Shown: piece by piece, positions 9,151 through 18,773 of the stretch | How the letters are laid out: each line of letters starts with the position of its first letter | Position numbering within the stretch: position 1 is the stretch's first letter | From: Candidatus Shapirobacteria bacterium | Lineage (GTDB): Bacteria > Patescibacteriota > Microgenomatia > UM-FILTER-40-11 | DNA length: 64,000 nt | Direction of reading: 5' to 3' | Assembly (NCBI GenBank): GCA_020059745.1 | Contig: JAGVBK010000003.1 | Span: 68,492-132,491, forward strand | The notes under the pieces: model-generated | What the model saw: only the letters and a program-made list of their open reading frames with translations | Database searches by the model: none | What the model was told of the DNA's origin: nothing | Program-made: the position numbers and the translations under genes

Positions 9151-10408
9151 AAAAGAGAAAGGTTTTAGCTTTTGGAAAGTTTTGATAATCGGGGTTCTTC
9201 TCAGGTTGGTTTTAATGCCGGTTACGCTTCATCCCGATATTTTGGGCCATTCTTTTAGCGCCTACTTTTTTGCTTATGAAGGAAAGATAAATCTTTATGA
9301 CACTCTGGCTGAGTTGCCGCAAACGCATCCTTTGGTAAAAAATTTTGGGGTCAGCGATATTTTTATTTATCCTCCTTTAACCTACTTCACCTTAGGGCTT
9401 TTTAGAGTAATAGTTAAGCCGTTTTCAGACCCAAACTTTGTTCCATTCCTCATGGAAAACCTGAGCCAGATTCATTACCGAAATGATCTCTTCTTAAACC
9501 TTTTCTTATTTAAATTTCCATATCTCTTTTTTGATGTCGGCCTGGCGTTTTTACTGGCCGGGCTTTTTGATGATCTGAAAAAGAAGAATCTTGCTTTCGC
9601 TCTTTGGATATTTAACCCGGTTACAATCTATGCCACTTTCATGATTGGCCAGCTCGACCTTTTGCCAGCCTTTTTTAGCGTTTTGGGTATTTACCTTTTT
9701 AAAAAAGAGAAATTTTCTTGGGCAGCATTTTCTGTCGGAGTTGCCGCTTCTTTTAAAATGTACCCTCTTTTTTTGCTTTTTCCTTTGGCCTTTTTAAGCA
9801 ACATTAAATTTTCGGAAAAGATAAAAAACCTTGTTTTTGGCGTAGCGCCTTTTATCTTTTTTATTGCTCCTTTTGTAAACTCACCGGCATTTCGGGCTCA
9901 GGTATTTTCTCCCAAAAGCCAGAAAATGCTTTTTATGGGCTGGCCTTTATCAGGGGCGGAAGTAATTTATCCGTTTATTTTAGGGTTAAGCATTCTTTGT
10001 TTTTCCGCTTATTACTCAAAAAAGAAAAGCGATTTGCCTGTTTACTTTGCTTCAGCGCTGCTTTTGACCTTTAGCGTTACCCATTTTCACCCCCAATGGT
10101 TTTTATGGGTTACTCCGTTTTTAATTTGGGAGCTGGTAGAGAATAATTTTAAAAATTGGTTTTTAACTTTTACCATTTTTATCTCCTGGCTGGTTCTAAC
10201 CTTAATGTTTGAGCCCTCGCTTTCTTACGGGCTTTTTAACCCGCTTTGGCCGGATTTAGACAAAGCAGCCGGGCTTTCGGACTTGCTTGGCCGATATACA
10301 AATGTTTTCCAGTTTAAAAGCCTTGTCAGAAGCCTTTTTGCCGGAGCCTCGCTATTTTATGTAGTCAAACTTCTTTGGGGCGGGTTAAAAACCAATGCCG
10401 ACAATTAA
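9137..10408 (+). CDS. GT-C glycosyltransferase (GT87/PIG-M/ALG-like)
   Basis: Probable start ATG 9137; 'LHPD', 'YPPL', 'WIFNP...GQLD', 'FKMYP', 'HPQWFLW'. Confidence 0.7.
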   Translation: MKESKKEKGFSFWKVLIIGVLLRLVLMPVTLHPDILGHSFSAYFFAYEGKINLYDTLAELPQTHPLVKNFGVSDIFIYPPLTYFTLGLFRVIVKPFSDPNFVPFLMENLSQIHYRNDLFLNLFLFKFPYLFFDVGLAFLLAGLFDDLKKKNLAFALWIFNPVTIYATFMIGQLDLLPAFFSVLGIYLFKKEKFSWAAFSVGVAASFKMYPLFLLFPLAFLSNIKFSEKIKNLVFGVAPFIFFIAPFVNSPAFRAQVFSPKSQKMLFMGWPLSGAEVIYPFILGLSILCFSAYYSKKKSDLPVYFASALLLTFSVTHFHPQWFLWVTPFLIWELVENNFKNWFLTFTIFISWLVLTLMFEPSLSYGLFNPLWPDLDKAAGLSDLLGRYTNVFQFKSLVRSLFAGASLFYVVKLLWGGLKTNADN

Positions 10409-12794
10409 AAAAAATTTAAAATATTTTGCACTTTTATTTCTTTTTTTAGCATGGTTTGTTTTGTTTCACAAGGTATTTTTAAAAGGCTTGCTGCCAATCC
10501 CGGCAGACATTATTACCGGCGTTTACTTCCCCTGGCTTGACTATAAATGGGGATTTTTGACCGGAGTGCCGGTTAAGAATCCCTTAATTTCCGACATTCC
10601 TTCTTTGCTTTACCCTTGGCGGCAGCTTGTTATTGACCAGTATGCTTCTGGCAGTTGGCCGCTTTGGAATCCATACTACTTTGGCGGCATGCCTCTTCTT
10701 GCCAATTTTCAGTCGGCAGCGTTTTCTTATGTTAATGCCTTTTTTTTGTTTTTGCCCAAAGCCTTTGCCTGGTCTTTTGGGGTAATGCTTTCGCCCCTTA
10801 TAACCATGCTTGCTTTTTATATATTTTTAAGGAACAAGAAACTTGGAGTAATGCCTTCGCTTTTGGGAAGCATTACTTTTTCGCTTTCAGGTTTTCAGAC
10901 AGCCTGGCTTGAATATAATGTCCACGGCCACACAGCCCTTTTTTTGCCTTTGCTTCTTTTATTTATTGATAAAATTCTGGGAGAAAACAAAAGAAGATAC
11001 CTTTTTGGATTGCCATTGCTCGTTGCTTTCCAAATTTTTGCAGGTTATATCCCCGTCGTTATTTATTCTTATCTTATTTGCGGCTTTTATGTTTTGTTTT
11101 TTTATCTTATACCGGAATTAAAAAAATCTTTTGAATATAAAAAATTCCTTCTTTTTTTTGGCTTCTTTCTCTGGGGGATTTTTTTAGCTTCAGTTCAATT
11201 GTTTCCGGGTTTTGAGTTGACTCAGAATTCAATAAGAAAAATTGATCCGACCGTTACCGCCAGTAATGCTTCCTATCTTCCTTTTGTCAATTTAGCGACC
11301 GCCCTGGCTCCGGATTTTTTTGGCAACCCTGCCACCGGGAATTATTTTGGCACGGCTTTTTATGACAACTTCTACTTTTTTATGGGCACCGGCACTTTAA
11401 TATTGCTGTTTTTTTCTTTATTTTTTTTAAAAAAAGAAAAAAACATTTTCTTTTGGTGGGCAGTTTTAGGTTTTTCCTTTATTTTAATTTTTGAAAACCC
11501 GCTGGGAAAAATTTTGGAAAAGATACTTTTTTTGTCAGGGGGAGTTTCGGCGAGGGCTCTTTTTATGACCACTTTCTCCCTGGCTGTTCTTTTTGCTTAC
11601 GGTTTTGAAAAAATGCTAAGCGAAACCAGGGCAAGGAAAAAACTTCTTTTTTCAATCTTTATTTTGCTTGCTTTATTTTTGTTAACTTATTTAATTTCCA
11701 ACCAAATTAAAAACCCGGTTTTTAAGAGTGTCGCTCAAAGAAACCTTGTTATTCCCTTTGCCGCATTTGCCTTCTCCGGTTTTTGCCTGTTTTTATTGAG
11801 TTTTAAAAAGTTAAAGAAATATAAATACTTTTTTGCTTTTGTTTTTTGTTTGATTACCCTGGCGCAGCTCATTTATTCGACCCAAAAGTACCTTCCTTTT
11901 TCAAAAAAAGAGCTTTTGTTCCCAAAGACTCCGGTTTTGGATTTTCTTGTCGGAAAGCAAAAATTGGAAAAATCTCCCTTTAGGGTGGAACTAGGCGAGG
12001 TGATTCCCCAAAATTTTCTTATGCCTTATAAACTTCAAACAATATCAGGCTATGATGCCTTGATGCCAAAAAGAACAGGAGAATTTCTTTCCCTGCTTAA
12101 AACAGGGGAAGTTAAAGAAAATATTTCCAGGGTTTTTCTTATCGACGGCTTTGACTCAAATTTATACCCGATTCTTAACATTAATTATGTTTTGGCAAAA
12201 AAGACTGATGAAAAAGGGTTTTTTTCTCCTTCCGGCAGCCCGCCGGCAGTTTTTGCAAACCCCCGCTTTAAGGCGGTTTTTGAAGATAAAACCGTAGTTG
12301 TTTATGAAGACCAAAAGGCATTACCGCGTGCTTTTTGGGTTTATGACTTTGCAGTTGCAGAAGACGATTTAGGATTGATTAATCTTTTAAAAACTTCCGA
12401 CCTTTCTAAAAAAGTGATTTTAGAAGAAAAACCGGAAATCGAGCCGATTTTAGAAAATATCGTTCCGGGTTCAGTTGTATGGAGTGAGTATTTACCCAAT
12501 AAAGTCTCTTTTGTTGCCGAATCCGAAAAGCCGGGAATAATTTTTTTATCGGATAATTTTTATCCTGGCTGGGTAGCTTTTATTGACGGGCAAAAAGCTA
12601 AAATTTTACGGGCCAATTATACTTTTAGGGCTCTCAGTGTTCCTGAAGGTAAGCACCGCATTGACTTTGAATATAAACCTAAAAGCTTTTACTTGGGGCT
12701 AGGGGTTTCATTGGCCTCTTTTGTGATTTATGGCCTTTTTCTTTTAAGGGAAGTAATAAAATTAAAAAAATCTCAAGTAAAAAATGATTACTAA
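10395..12794 (+). CDS. YfhO-family GT-C membrane glycosyltransferase
   Basis: 'WPLWNPYYFGGMPLLAN', C-terminal 'DNFYPGWVAFIDG..AKILRANYTFRAL.VPEGKH.I.FEYKP'. Confidence 0.85.
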   Translation: MPTIKKNLKYFALLFLFLAWFVLFHKVFLKGLLPIPADIITGVYFPWLDYKWGFLTGVPVKNPLISDIPSLLYPWRQLVIDQYASGSWPLWNPYYFGGMPLLANFQSAAFSYVNAFFLFLPKAFAWSFGVMLSPLITMLAFYIFLRNKKLGVMPSLLGSITFSLSGFQTAWLEYNVHGHTALFLPLLLLFIDKILGENKRRYLFGLPLLVAFQIFAGYIPVVIYSYLICGFYVLFFYLIPELKKSFEYKKFLLFFGFFLWGIFLASVQLFPGFELTQNSIRKIDPTVTASNASYLPFVNLATALAPDFFGNPATGNYFGTAFYDNFYFFMGTGTLILLFFSLFFLKKEKNIFFWWAVLGFSFILIFENPLGKILEKILFLSGGVSARALFMTTFSLAVLFAYGFEKMLSETRARKKLLFSIFILLALFLLTYLISNQIKNPVFKSVAQRNLVIPFAAFAFSGFCLFLLSFKKLKKYKYFFAFVFCLITLAQLIYSTQKYLPFSKKELLFPKTPVLDFLVGKQKLEKSPFRVELGEVIPQNFLMPYKLQTISGYDALMPKRTGEFLSLLKTGEVKENISRVFLIDGFDSNLYPILNINYVLAKKTDEKGFFSPSGSPPAVFANPRFKAVFEDKTVVVYEDQKALPRAFWVYDFAVAEDDLGLINLLKTSDLSKKVILEEKPEIEPILENIVPGSVVWSEYLPNKVSFVAESEKPGIIFLSDNFYPGWVAFIDGQKAKILRANYTFRALSVPEGKHRIDFEYKPKSFYLGLGVSLASFVIYGLFLLREVIKLKKSQVKNDY

Positions 12795-15207
12795 TTTGAA
12801 AAACATTTTGTTAAAAACTTGGCCCTTTTTATTAATTATATTTTTGGTAGGAGTCTTTTTTTGGAAATTCTTCCTGAAAGGATTAATCCCTCTTCCGGCA
12901 GATTTGGTTATTGGCGCATATTACCCCTGGCTTGACTACAAATGGGGCTATGAGGTCGGGGTTCCAGTGAAAAATCCTCTTATTGCCGATTCTGTTTCTC
13001 AATTTTATCCTTTTAAGATATATGCCATGGAACAAATTAAGGAAGGATTTCTACCGCTTTGGAACTCCTCGTTGTTCGGAGGTTGTCCCTTGTTTTCAAA
13101 TGTGCTGATTGGAATTCTAAATCCTACAAATTTATTATTTGTTTTTCTACCAAAATTGACTGCTTGGGGGTTACAGACTTCCCTTCAGCCCTTGCTGGCG
13201 GCCTTCTTTACTTATTTATTCTTAAGGTCGTTTAATCTTGGTAAATTCTCAAGCATTGCCGGAGCGATTATCTATGCTTTTTGCGGCTTTAACATTATGT
13301 GGATGGAACTTAATATCCACGGCTTTACTGCCGCTTTTCTTCCTCTCATTTTTTATTCAATAAATAAGTTCTATCATTCTAAAAATATTTTATTTTTAAT
13401 ACTAACCAGCTTGGCAATTTGTTTGCAGATATTTTCCGGTTATCCTCAAATAATTATTTACTCATTTTTAACTTTAATATTCTATGTTTTCTGGGTTTTT
13501 GGGGTCCCCAGGAAGGAAAATTTGCTTGTTTTTTCCTTTGTGGCGCTTGGTATAATTTTGGCAAGTGTCCAGATTGTTCCTACGATAGAGCTTTTTTTAA
13601 ATTCCCAACGGCGGCTTGAGAGTTTACCTTTTGACCAGGTTTATCTGCCTTGGTCGTATATCATCTCTTTTTTCGCCCCGGATTACTACGGGAATCCTGT
13701 CACTGGCAATTTCTGGGGCAAGACCGATTATACGGCTATTTGCGGATATTGCGGGATTGTTTCTGTTGTTTTGGCGGGAACAGCTTTTTCCTGGATAAAA
13801 AAGAAAAAAATTGTTTCCTTTTTTATCGTATTACTTTTTTTTACACTGGCGCTGGCTTTTCCTACTCCATTAATGAAACTTTTCTATAAAGGCAATTTTT
13901 TTGGGCTAGGGGCTTCGGGAGCCTCAAGGATCCTTTTCCTTTCCTGTTTTTCCATTGCCTCTCTTTCTGCTTTTGGTTTCGAAATATTGTTAAACCATAA
14001 GTTTGAAAAAAAATATTTAAGGGCGTTATATTTGCCACTAATAATCTTGGGTGGGTTTGGTGTTGGCACCTTGCTTTCAATAGCAATTGTTAAATATGCT
14101 TCCAGGGAACTAGCTCAAGAAGCACTTATTTATCTGGATAAATTTTGCTATGGAAACTTAAAGGTTGGCATGAGGAATTTAGTGCTGCCCTCGCTGGTAT
14201 TATCCTCAATGATATTGGCACTTGCCGCTTTGAATTTTAAAAATAGAATTACTAAAAAAGCTTCATTAATCTTGATCTTTTTAGTTTTAATATTAGAACT
14301 TTTCCGTTTTGGGTGGAAATTTCTTCCGTTTACTAAGCCTGATTTGGTTTATCCGGAAACTCCGGTTATAACATTTTTAAAAGAAAAACAAGGAATTTTT
14401 AGAGTTGAGGGGGGAGATGCTATTCCGATGAACATGCTGATGCCGTATGGAATCGACACTTTCTCTGCTTATGACCCGATGTATCCCCTAAGAACAGCGG
14501 AGATGATTTCCCTTGTTGACGGAGGATCAATCCTTAGACCAAAAGACCGTTATGCAAAGATAAACAACTATCATTCAAGGCTTCTTGACCTGAGCAATAT
14601 TTGTTATCTGCTGTCAGTAAAAAAAGACGATAGGGACAGAGTAAGTATTGAGGGTAGGCCTGGTTATCAGTTCCGGTTGGATAAGTTTTCGGTAATTTTC
14701 AGCGACAAGTCAGTCGATGTTTTAAAAAATAAAGATTGTTTTCCGAGGGCCTTTTTGGTTAGAGACTATATTATTTCCAGTTCAAAAGAAGAAATTGCCC
14801 AGTTTTTACAGAGCAAAGATTTTGACTTGAAAAAGACCATTATACTTGAAAAAAATCCTGGTGTTATTTCTTTAAAAACAGAGACATCCAAAGAAGATAA
14901 GCTGGTTTGGAGAGTCCAAAAACCGGGTTTTAATGAGATAGAGGTTGACTTGAAGGAGCCTGCCTTTATTTTTCTTTCTGAGAACTATTATCCGGGGTGG
15001 AAAGCCTTTGTTGATGACCAGAAAACTGAAGTTTTTCGAGCTGATTATGCGTTTCAATCAGTATATGTTCCTTCGGGAAAACATTTAGTCAAATTTGTTT
15101 ACAGCCCTGTTTCCTTTAAAATAGGAATTATTTGTTCAGGGCTGGCAGCAACGGTTTTATTTGTTTTATTATTAAGCAAAAGGAAAAAAACTATTACTGG
15201 TTACTAA
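12784..15207 (+). CDS. YfhO-family GT-C membrane glycosyltransferase
   Basis: Paralog of the upstream gene; 'PLWNSSLFGGCP', 'ENYYPGWKAFVD...RADYAFQ..VPSGKH.V.FVYSP'. Confidence 0.85.
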   Translation: MITNLKNILLKTWPFLLIIFLVGVFFWKFFLKGLIPLPADLVIGAYYPWLDYKWGYEVGVPVKNPLIADSVSQFYPFKIYAMEQIKEGFLPLWNSSLFGGCPLFSNVLIGILNPTNLLFVFLPKLTAWGLQTSLQPLLAAFFTYLFLRSFNLGKFSSIAGAIIYAFCGFNIMWMELNIHGFTAAFLPLIFYSINKFYHSKNILFLILTSLAICLQIFSGYPQIIIYSFLTLIFYVFWVFGVPRKENLLVFSFVALGIILASVQIVPTIELFLNSQRRLESLPFDQVYLPWSYIISFFAPDYYGNPVTGNFWGKTDYTAICGYCGIVSVVLAGTAFSWIKKKKIVSFFIVLLFFTLALAFPTPLMKLFYKGNFFGLGASGASRILFLSCFSIASLSAFGFEILLNHKFEKKYLRALYLPLIILGGFGVGTLLSIAIVKYASRELAQEALIYLDKFCYGNLKVGMRNLVLPSLVLSSMILALAALNFKNRITKKASLILIFLVLILELFRFGWKFLPFTKPDLVYPETPVITFLKEKQGIFRVEGGDAIPMNMLMPYGIDTFSAYDPMYPLRTAEMISLVDGGSILRPKDRYAKINNYHSRLLDLSNICYLLSVKKDDRDRVSIEGRPGYQFRLDKFSVIFSDKSVDVLKNKDCFPRAFLVRDYIISSSKEEIAQFLQSKDFDLKKTIILEKNPGVISLKTETSKEDKLVWRVQKPGFNEIEVDLKEPAFIFLSENYYPGWKAFVDDQKTEVFRADYAFQSVYVPSGKHLVKFVYSPVSFKIGIICSGLAATVLFVLLLSKRKKTITGY

Positions 15208-15215
15208 TTTAAAAG

Positions 15216-15857
15216 ATGATAGAAGAAGCAGCCAGGCTGCATCACAATGTTCCCCCGAACTATTACGAGGAAAGTATCAAAAAAAATATTTTCCAGCGTT
15301 TTTGGCATTTTCAACGGTTTAAGAATATTAGCAAAATAAGCACCCCTGTTAAGGGCGCTATTTTGGATATTGGATGTGCAGACGGAACTTTCTCGGAAAT
15401 TATTTTCAAAAAAACTAAGGCCGAAAAAATTATCGGCATTGATGTTTTAAAAAAGTCGGTTGAGTATGCGGCAAAAAGATTTAAGAACAAAGAAAAAATG
15501 AGTTTTATGGTTGCCGACGCTGAAAACCTGCCTTTTAAAGACAATCAATTTGGAGCAGTTTTTTGTCTTGAAGCACTGGAGCATATTCTTGATCCCAAGA
15601 AAGCTATTTTGGAAATGAAGAGGGTTCTAAGGCCGGGAGGTTATTTAATTATTCTTGTTCCCACCGACAGCCTTCTTTTTTTAGTTTTATGGCAGATAGT
15701 TTTAATGACCTGGGGAAAGCACTGGCGGGAAACTCATGTTAACAGTTTTAAAGAGAGAAGAAGCTTGCAGAATTTTTTGGAAGAAAACGGCTTGAGCGTA
15801 GTTGAAGATAAAAAGTTTCTTTGGGGAATGCTTGAGGCAGTTAAGGCGGTGAAATAA
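15216..15857 (+). CDS. Class I SAM-dependent methyltransferase
   Basis: 'ILDIGCADG', 'DAENLPFKD', 'LEALEH', 'RVLRPGG'. Confidence 0.9.
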   Translation: MIEEAARLHHNVPPNYYEESIKKNIFQRFWHFQRFKNISKISTPVKGAILDIGCADGTFSEIIFKKTKAEKIIGIDVLKKSVEYAAKRFKNKEKMSFMVADAENLPFKDNQFGAVFCLEALEHILDPKKAILEMKRVLRPGGYLIILVPTDSLLFLVLWQIVLMTWGKHWRETHVNSFKERRSLQNFLEENGLSVVEDKKFLWGMLEAVKAVK

Positions 15858-15906
15858 TAAAAATTGCCTCTTTTCAAAACTTAATTTTGGTTTTATACTT
15901 TACTTT

Positions 15907-16635
15907 ATGGAAAAAGAAAAAAAGTCAACCCGAAAACCCGCAGCCAAAAAACCTGTTCGAAAAACCAAGTCATTACCCAAAACCCAGGAAAACATTGTTG
16001 AAGCTGTTTCCGTAGAAACACTTACTGTCAGCGAAACTCCTGTTGTAAAAAATTCCGGTCCGAAAATAAACACCTTTTCTCTTATCTTTGTTCTGATGGT
16101 GGTTATTTTAGGTCTTTTGGGATACTTGTTTAGAGACAGGATTTTTGCAGCTACAGTTAATGGCAAGCCGATTTTCAGATATGAACTTAACGAGAGGATG
16201 GTTAAAACTTTTGGCAAGGAAGTTCTTGAAAATTTGATTGTCGAGAGGTTAGTCGCCGAAGAAGCAGCCAAAAACAGCATTGCCGTTACTTCAGACGAAG
16301 TTGATGAAGAAGTAAAAAAAGTATCAGAAAGCCTAGGGCCAGACACCAAGCTTGAGGACATTTTAAAGTTTCAAGGCATGACCCTTGAGGACTTTAAAGA
16401 GCAAATGAGATTAAAAATCCAGGTGAACAAACTTCTTGCCAATGAAGTGGTTATTTCCGATGAAGAAATTGCGGATTTTGTTGAAAACAACAGCCAGTCC
16501 TTAACCGCCGCAGACGATGAAGGCAAGAAAGAAGAGGCGAGAAACATTCTTAAAGAACAGAAGATTAACCAAGCTTTTGGAACTTGGATTGATGAGCTGA
16601 TGAAAAACAGCAAAATCACCAGGTATCTGAACTAA
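15907..16635 (+). CDS. SurA/PrsA N-terminal-domain membrane-anchored chaperone (no PPIase domain)
   Basis: Basic N-tail, one TM helix, 'AATVNGKPI', 'LENLIVERLV.EEA', 'WIDELMKNSKI'. Confidence 0.75.
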   Translation: MEKEKKSTRKPAAKKPVRKTKSLPKTQENIVEAVSVETLTVSETPVVKNSGPKINTFSLIFVLMVVILGLLGYLFRDRIFAATVNGKPIFRYELNERMVKTFGKEVLENLIVERLVAEEAAKNSIAVTSDEVDEEVKKVSESLGPDTKLEDILKFQGMTLEDFKEQMRLKIQVNKLLANEVVISDEEIADFVENNSQSLTAADDEGKKEEARNILKEQKINQAFGTWIDELMKNSKITRYLN

Positions 16636-16657
16636 TCTCTCTTTCGTCTTTTCTTTA

Positions 16658-16666
16658 TGCTAAAAT
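16658..16666 (+). promoter_or_regulatory. Putative extended -10 promoter (TGcTAAAAT), leaderless
   Basis: Ends 6 nt before ATG 16673; no SD. Confidence 0.5.
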
Positions 16667-16672
16667 TTCCTC

Positions 16673-17527
16673 ATGGATGTATCTATCCTTGTTACTTGCT
16701 GGAACGGGGAAAAACTTCTCTCTCATAACTTTTCAAAAGTAGTTGAGGCGGCGGAAAACAAAGATAATAAGGTTAAAGAGATTTTGGTTGTTGATGACGG
16801 CTCTTCAGACAATTCTGTTTCTTTCCTAAAAAAGAATTTTCCCCAAGTTAAGGTACTGGAGAATAAAAGGAACTATGGTTATGGCTTTTCTTGCAACCGG
16901 GGAATGGAAGAAGCAAAAGCTGATTTGGTGGCAATTTTAAATCTTGATGTGATTCCGGATAAAGATTTTTTAGTTTCCTGTTTGCCGCACTTTGAAGACG
17001 AAAAGGTTTTTTCTGTTTCTTTTAATGAGGGCAGTTTTGGTCCCGGCAGGCTGGCTTGGAACAAAGGGTTTATTGAAATTGTTGAAACAAAACCGGAAAA
17101 AACAACCTCTTTTGCTTCCTGGCCGAGCGGGGGAAGCTCAGTTTTCAGAAAAAAGCTTTGGCGGGAAATAGGGGGAATGGATGAAATTTTTCTTCCTTTT
17201 TATTTTGAAGATATTGATTTGGGAATACGGGCCGAAAAAAAGGGCTATAAGTGCTTATGGGAGCCCAAGGCAAAGGTAAACCACAAACACGAGGCAACAA
17301 TCAATCCGGAAAATTTTGCTCTTCATAAGCACAAAAAAGACATTTCTTTAATAAAAGAAAGAAACTTTCTGCTTTTAAATTGGAAACATTTAGACAGTCC
17401 TTCAGATTTTTTTAATCATTTAGTTTATCTTTTTAAAAGGGCTTTTTTCGCGCCGGGGTATTTTAAAGTCATTTTTTCTGCAATCTTAAGAAAAATATCC
17501 TTCAGTTTTACCCATGAGCAACTTTAA
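16673..17527 (+). CDS. GT2 glycosyltransferase
   Basis: 'VVDDGSSD', 'NYGYGFSCNRG', 'ILNLD', 'YFEDIDL'. Confidence 0.9.
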   Translation: MDVSILVTCWNGEKLLSHNFSKVVEAAENKDNKVKEILVVDDGSSDNSVSFLKKNFPQVKVLENKRNYGYGFSCNRGMEEAKADLVAILNLDVIPDKDFLVSCLPHFEDEKVFSVSFNEGSFGPGRLAWNKGFIEIVETKPEKTTSFASWPSGGSSVFRKKLWREIGGMDEIFLPFYFEDIDLGIRAEKKGYKCLWEPKAKVNHKHEATINPENFALHKHKKDISLIKERNFLLLNWKHLDSPSDFFNHLVYLFKRAFFAPGYFKVIFSAILRKISFSFTHEQL

Positions 17528-18773
17528 GATTAAGCTTTCTTTGTTTGGTGCTTTTTTGTTGAGAATCGCTTTTTTTCCTTGGGGGCGTCACAGTGACTGC
17601 GACAACTTTTTTTATTGGTCAAAATACCTTTGGGATAAAAAAGATTTTTTGGGGTTTTTAGGGAAGTCGGTTCCTAATGCTATGCCGGCAACCTACCCTC
17701 CGATTTACTATTACCTTATTTACCTTTGGCGCGGTTTTTACGAACTAATCGGCGAAATTTTATGGCGGCTTAATGTCAAGCTGTCATTTTTCCCTTCAAA
17801 CTTCATTTTCATTTATCAAAGCTATCAAGGAGGGGTAGCTTTTAATAAACTGCCTGCAATTTTTGCTGATTTTGGCTGTGCATTTCTGATTTTTAAAACC
17901 GCGGTTTTGGCAGGATGCAAGAGAGAAGCGGCGGCGGTTTCCTCTCTTCTTTTCCTCTTGCTGCCGCCTTTTTGGTATAACAGCGCCCACTGGGGGCAGA
18001 TAGACAGCATTTACGCCTTTTTTATCCTGCTGGCTTTTTATTTAACTTTCAAGAGTAAATTTTTGTTGGCAACTTTTTCATTAGGTTTGTCTGCCCTGGT
18101 AAAACCAACAGGTCTTTTTGTTTTACCGGCTTTTTTAATATATTTTTTAGGAAAAAGAAAAATTATGGATGGAATCTTTGGCGCTGCTTTTTTTGCTATT
18201 TTGGCTTATATTTTATATTTTCCCATCCAGCCTTTAAATACTCTTGCGTGGGCTTTCAGTTTTTATTTTGGCAGCTTTAAAGGCGAAGTAGATTTTCTTG
18301 CCTCAAATGCCTTTAATTTTTGGTCTTTTCTTTTTGGATTTGATCAAAGGCCGGCCGGATCGCTTTTCTTGGGAATCCCTTTATCCTTGTGGGGTTTTGC
18401 CGTTTTTACTTTTTTTGGCGGAGTGATTGCTTTTTATCAGTGGAAAAGAAATAACCGAAAAAGTTTTCTTTTTTCAGCCTTTCTTTTTAGTTTTGCCTCT
18501 TTTCTTTTTTTACCAAGGATGCATGAGCGTTATTTCTATACAGCGGCGGCAGTTTTGGCAATTCTCTCTGGGTTTAACAAAAAAATGCTTTATTTGTTTG
18601 TTGCTCTTTCTTTAATTCACTTTATTAACCTTTACCATTTTTGGTGGTCACCAAGAATTCCTTTGCTAATTTCGCTTTTTTCCAATCTGGCAGTTCTTCG
18701 GGTTCTTATCTTTCTTAAGATGGCAATTTTTGCTAAACTATTGCTAGCCCACGCGAAAAATGAAACTGCTTGA
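17514..18773 (+). CDS. GT-C glycosyltransferase (GT87/ALG6-like, MHERY type)
   Basis: 'TYPP', 'KLPAIFAD', 'NSAHWGQID', 'NAFNFW', 'MHERY'. Confidence 0.75.
   Translation: MSNFKIKLSLFGAFLLRIAFFPWGRHSDCDNFFYWSKYLWDKKDFLGFLGKSVPNAMPATYPPIYYYLIYLWRGFYELIGEILWRLNVKLSFFPSNFIFIYQSYQGGVAFNKLPAIFADFGCAFLIFKTAVLAGCKREAAAVSSLLFLLLPPFWYNSAHWGQIDSIYAFFILLAFYLTFKSKFLLATFSLGLSALVKPTGLFVLPAFLIYFLGKRKIMDGIFGAAFFAILAYILYFPIQPLNTLAWAFSFYFGSFKGEVDFLASNAFNFWSFLFGFDQRPAGSLFLGIPLSLWGFAVFTFFGGVIAFYQWKRNNRKSFLFSAFLFSFASFLFLPRMHERYFYTAAAVLAILSGFNKKMLYLFVALSLIHFINLYHFWWSPRIPLLISLFSNLAVLRVLIFLKMAIFAKLLLAHAKNETA

Noticed and set aside
15900-16361. 153-aa antisense ORF
   Set aside because: Shadow of the SurA-like gene, Ser/Leu/Phe-rich, no motifs
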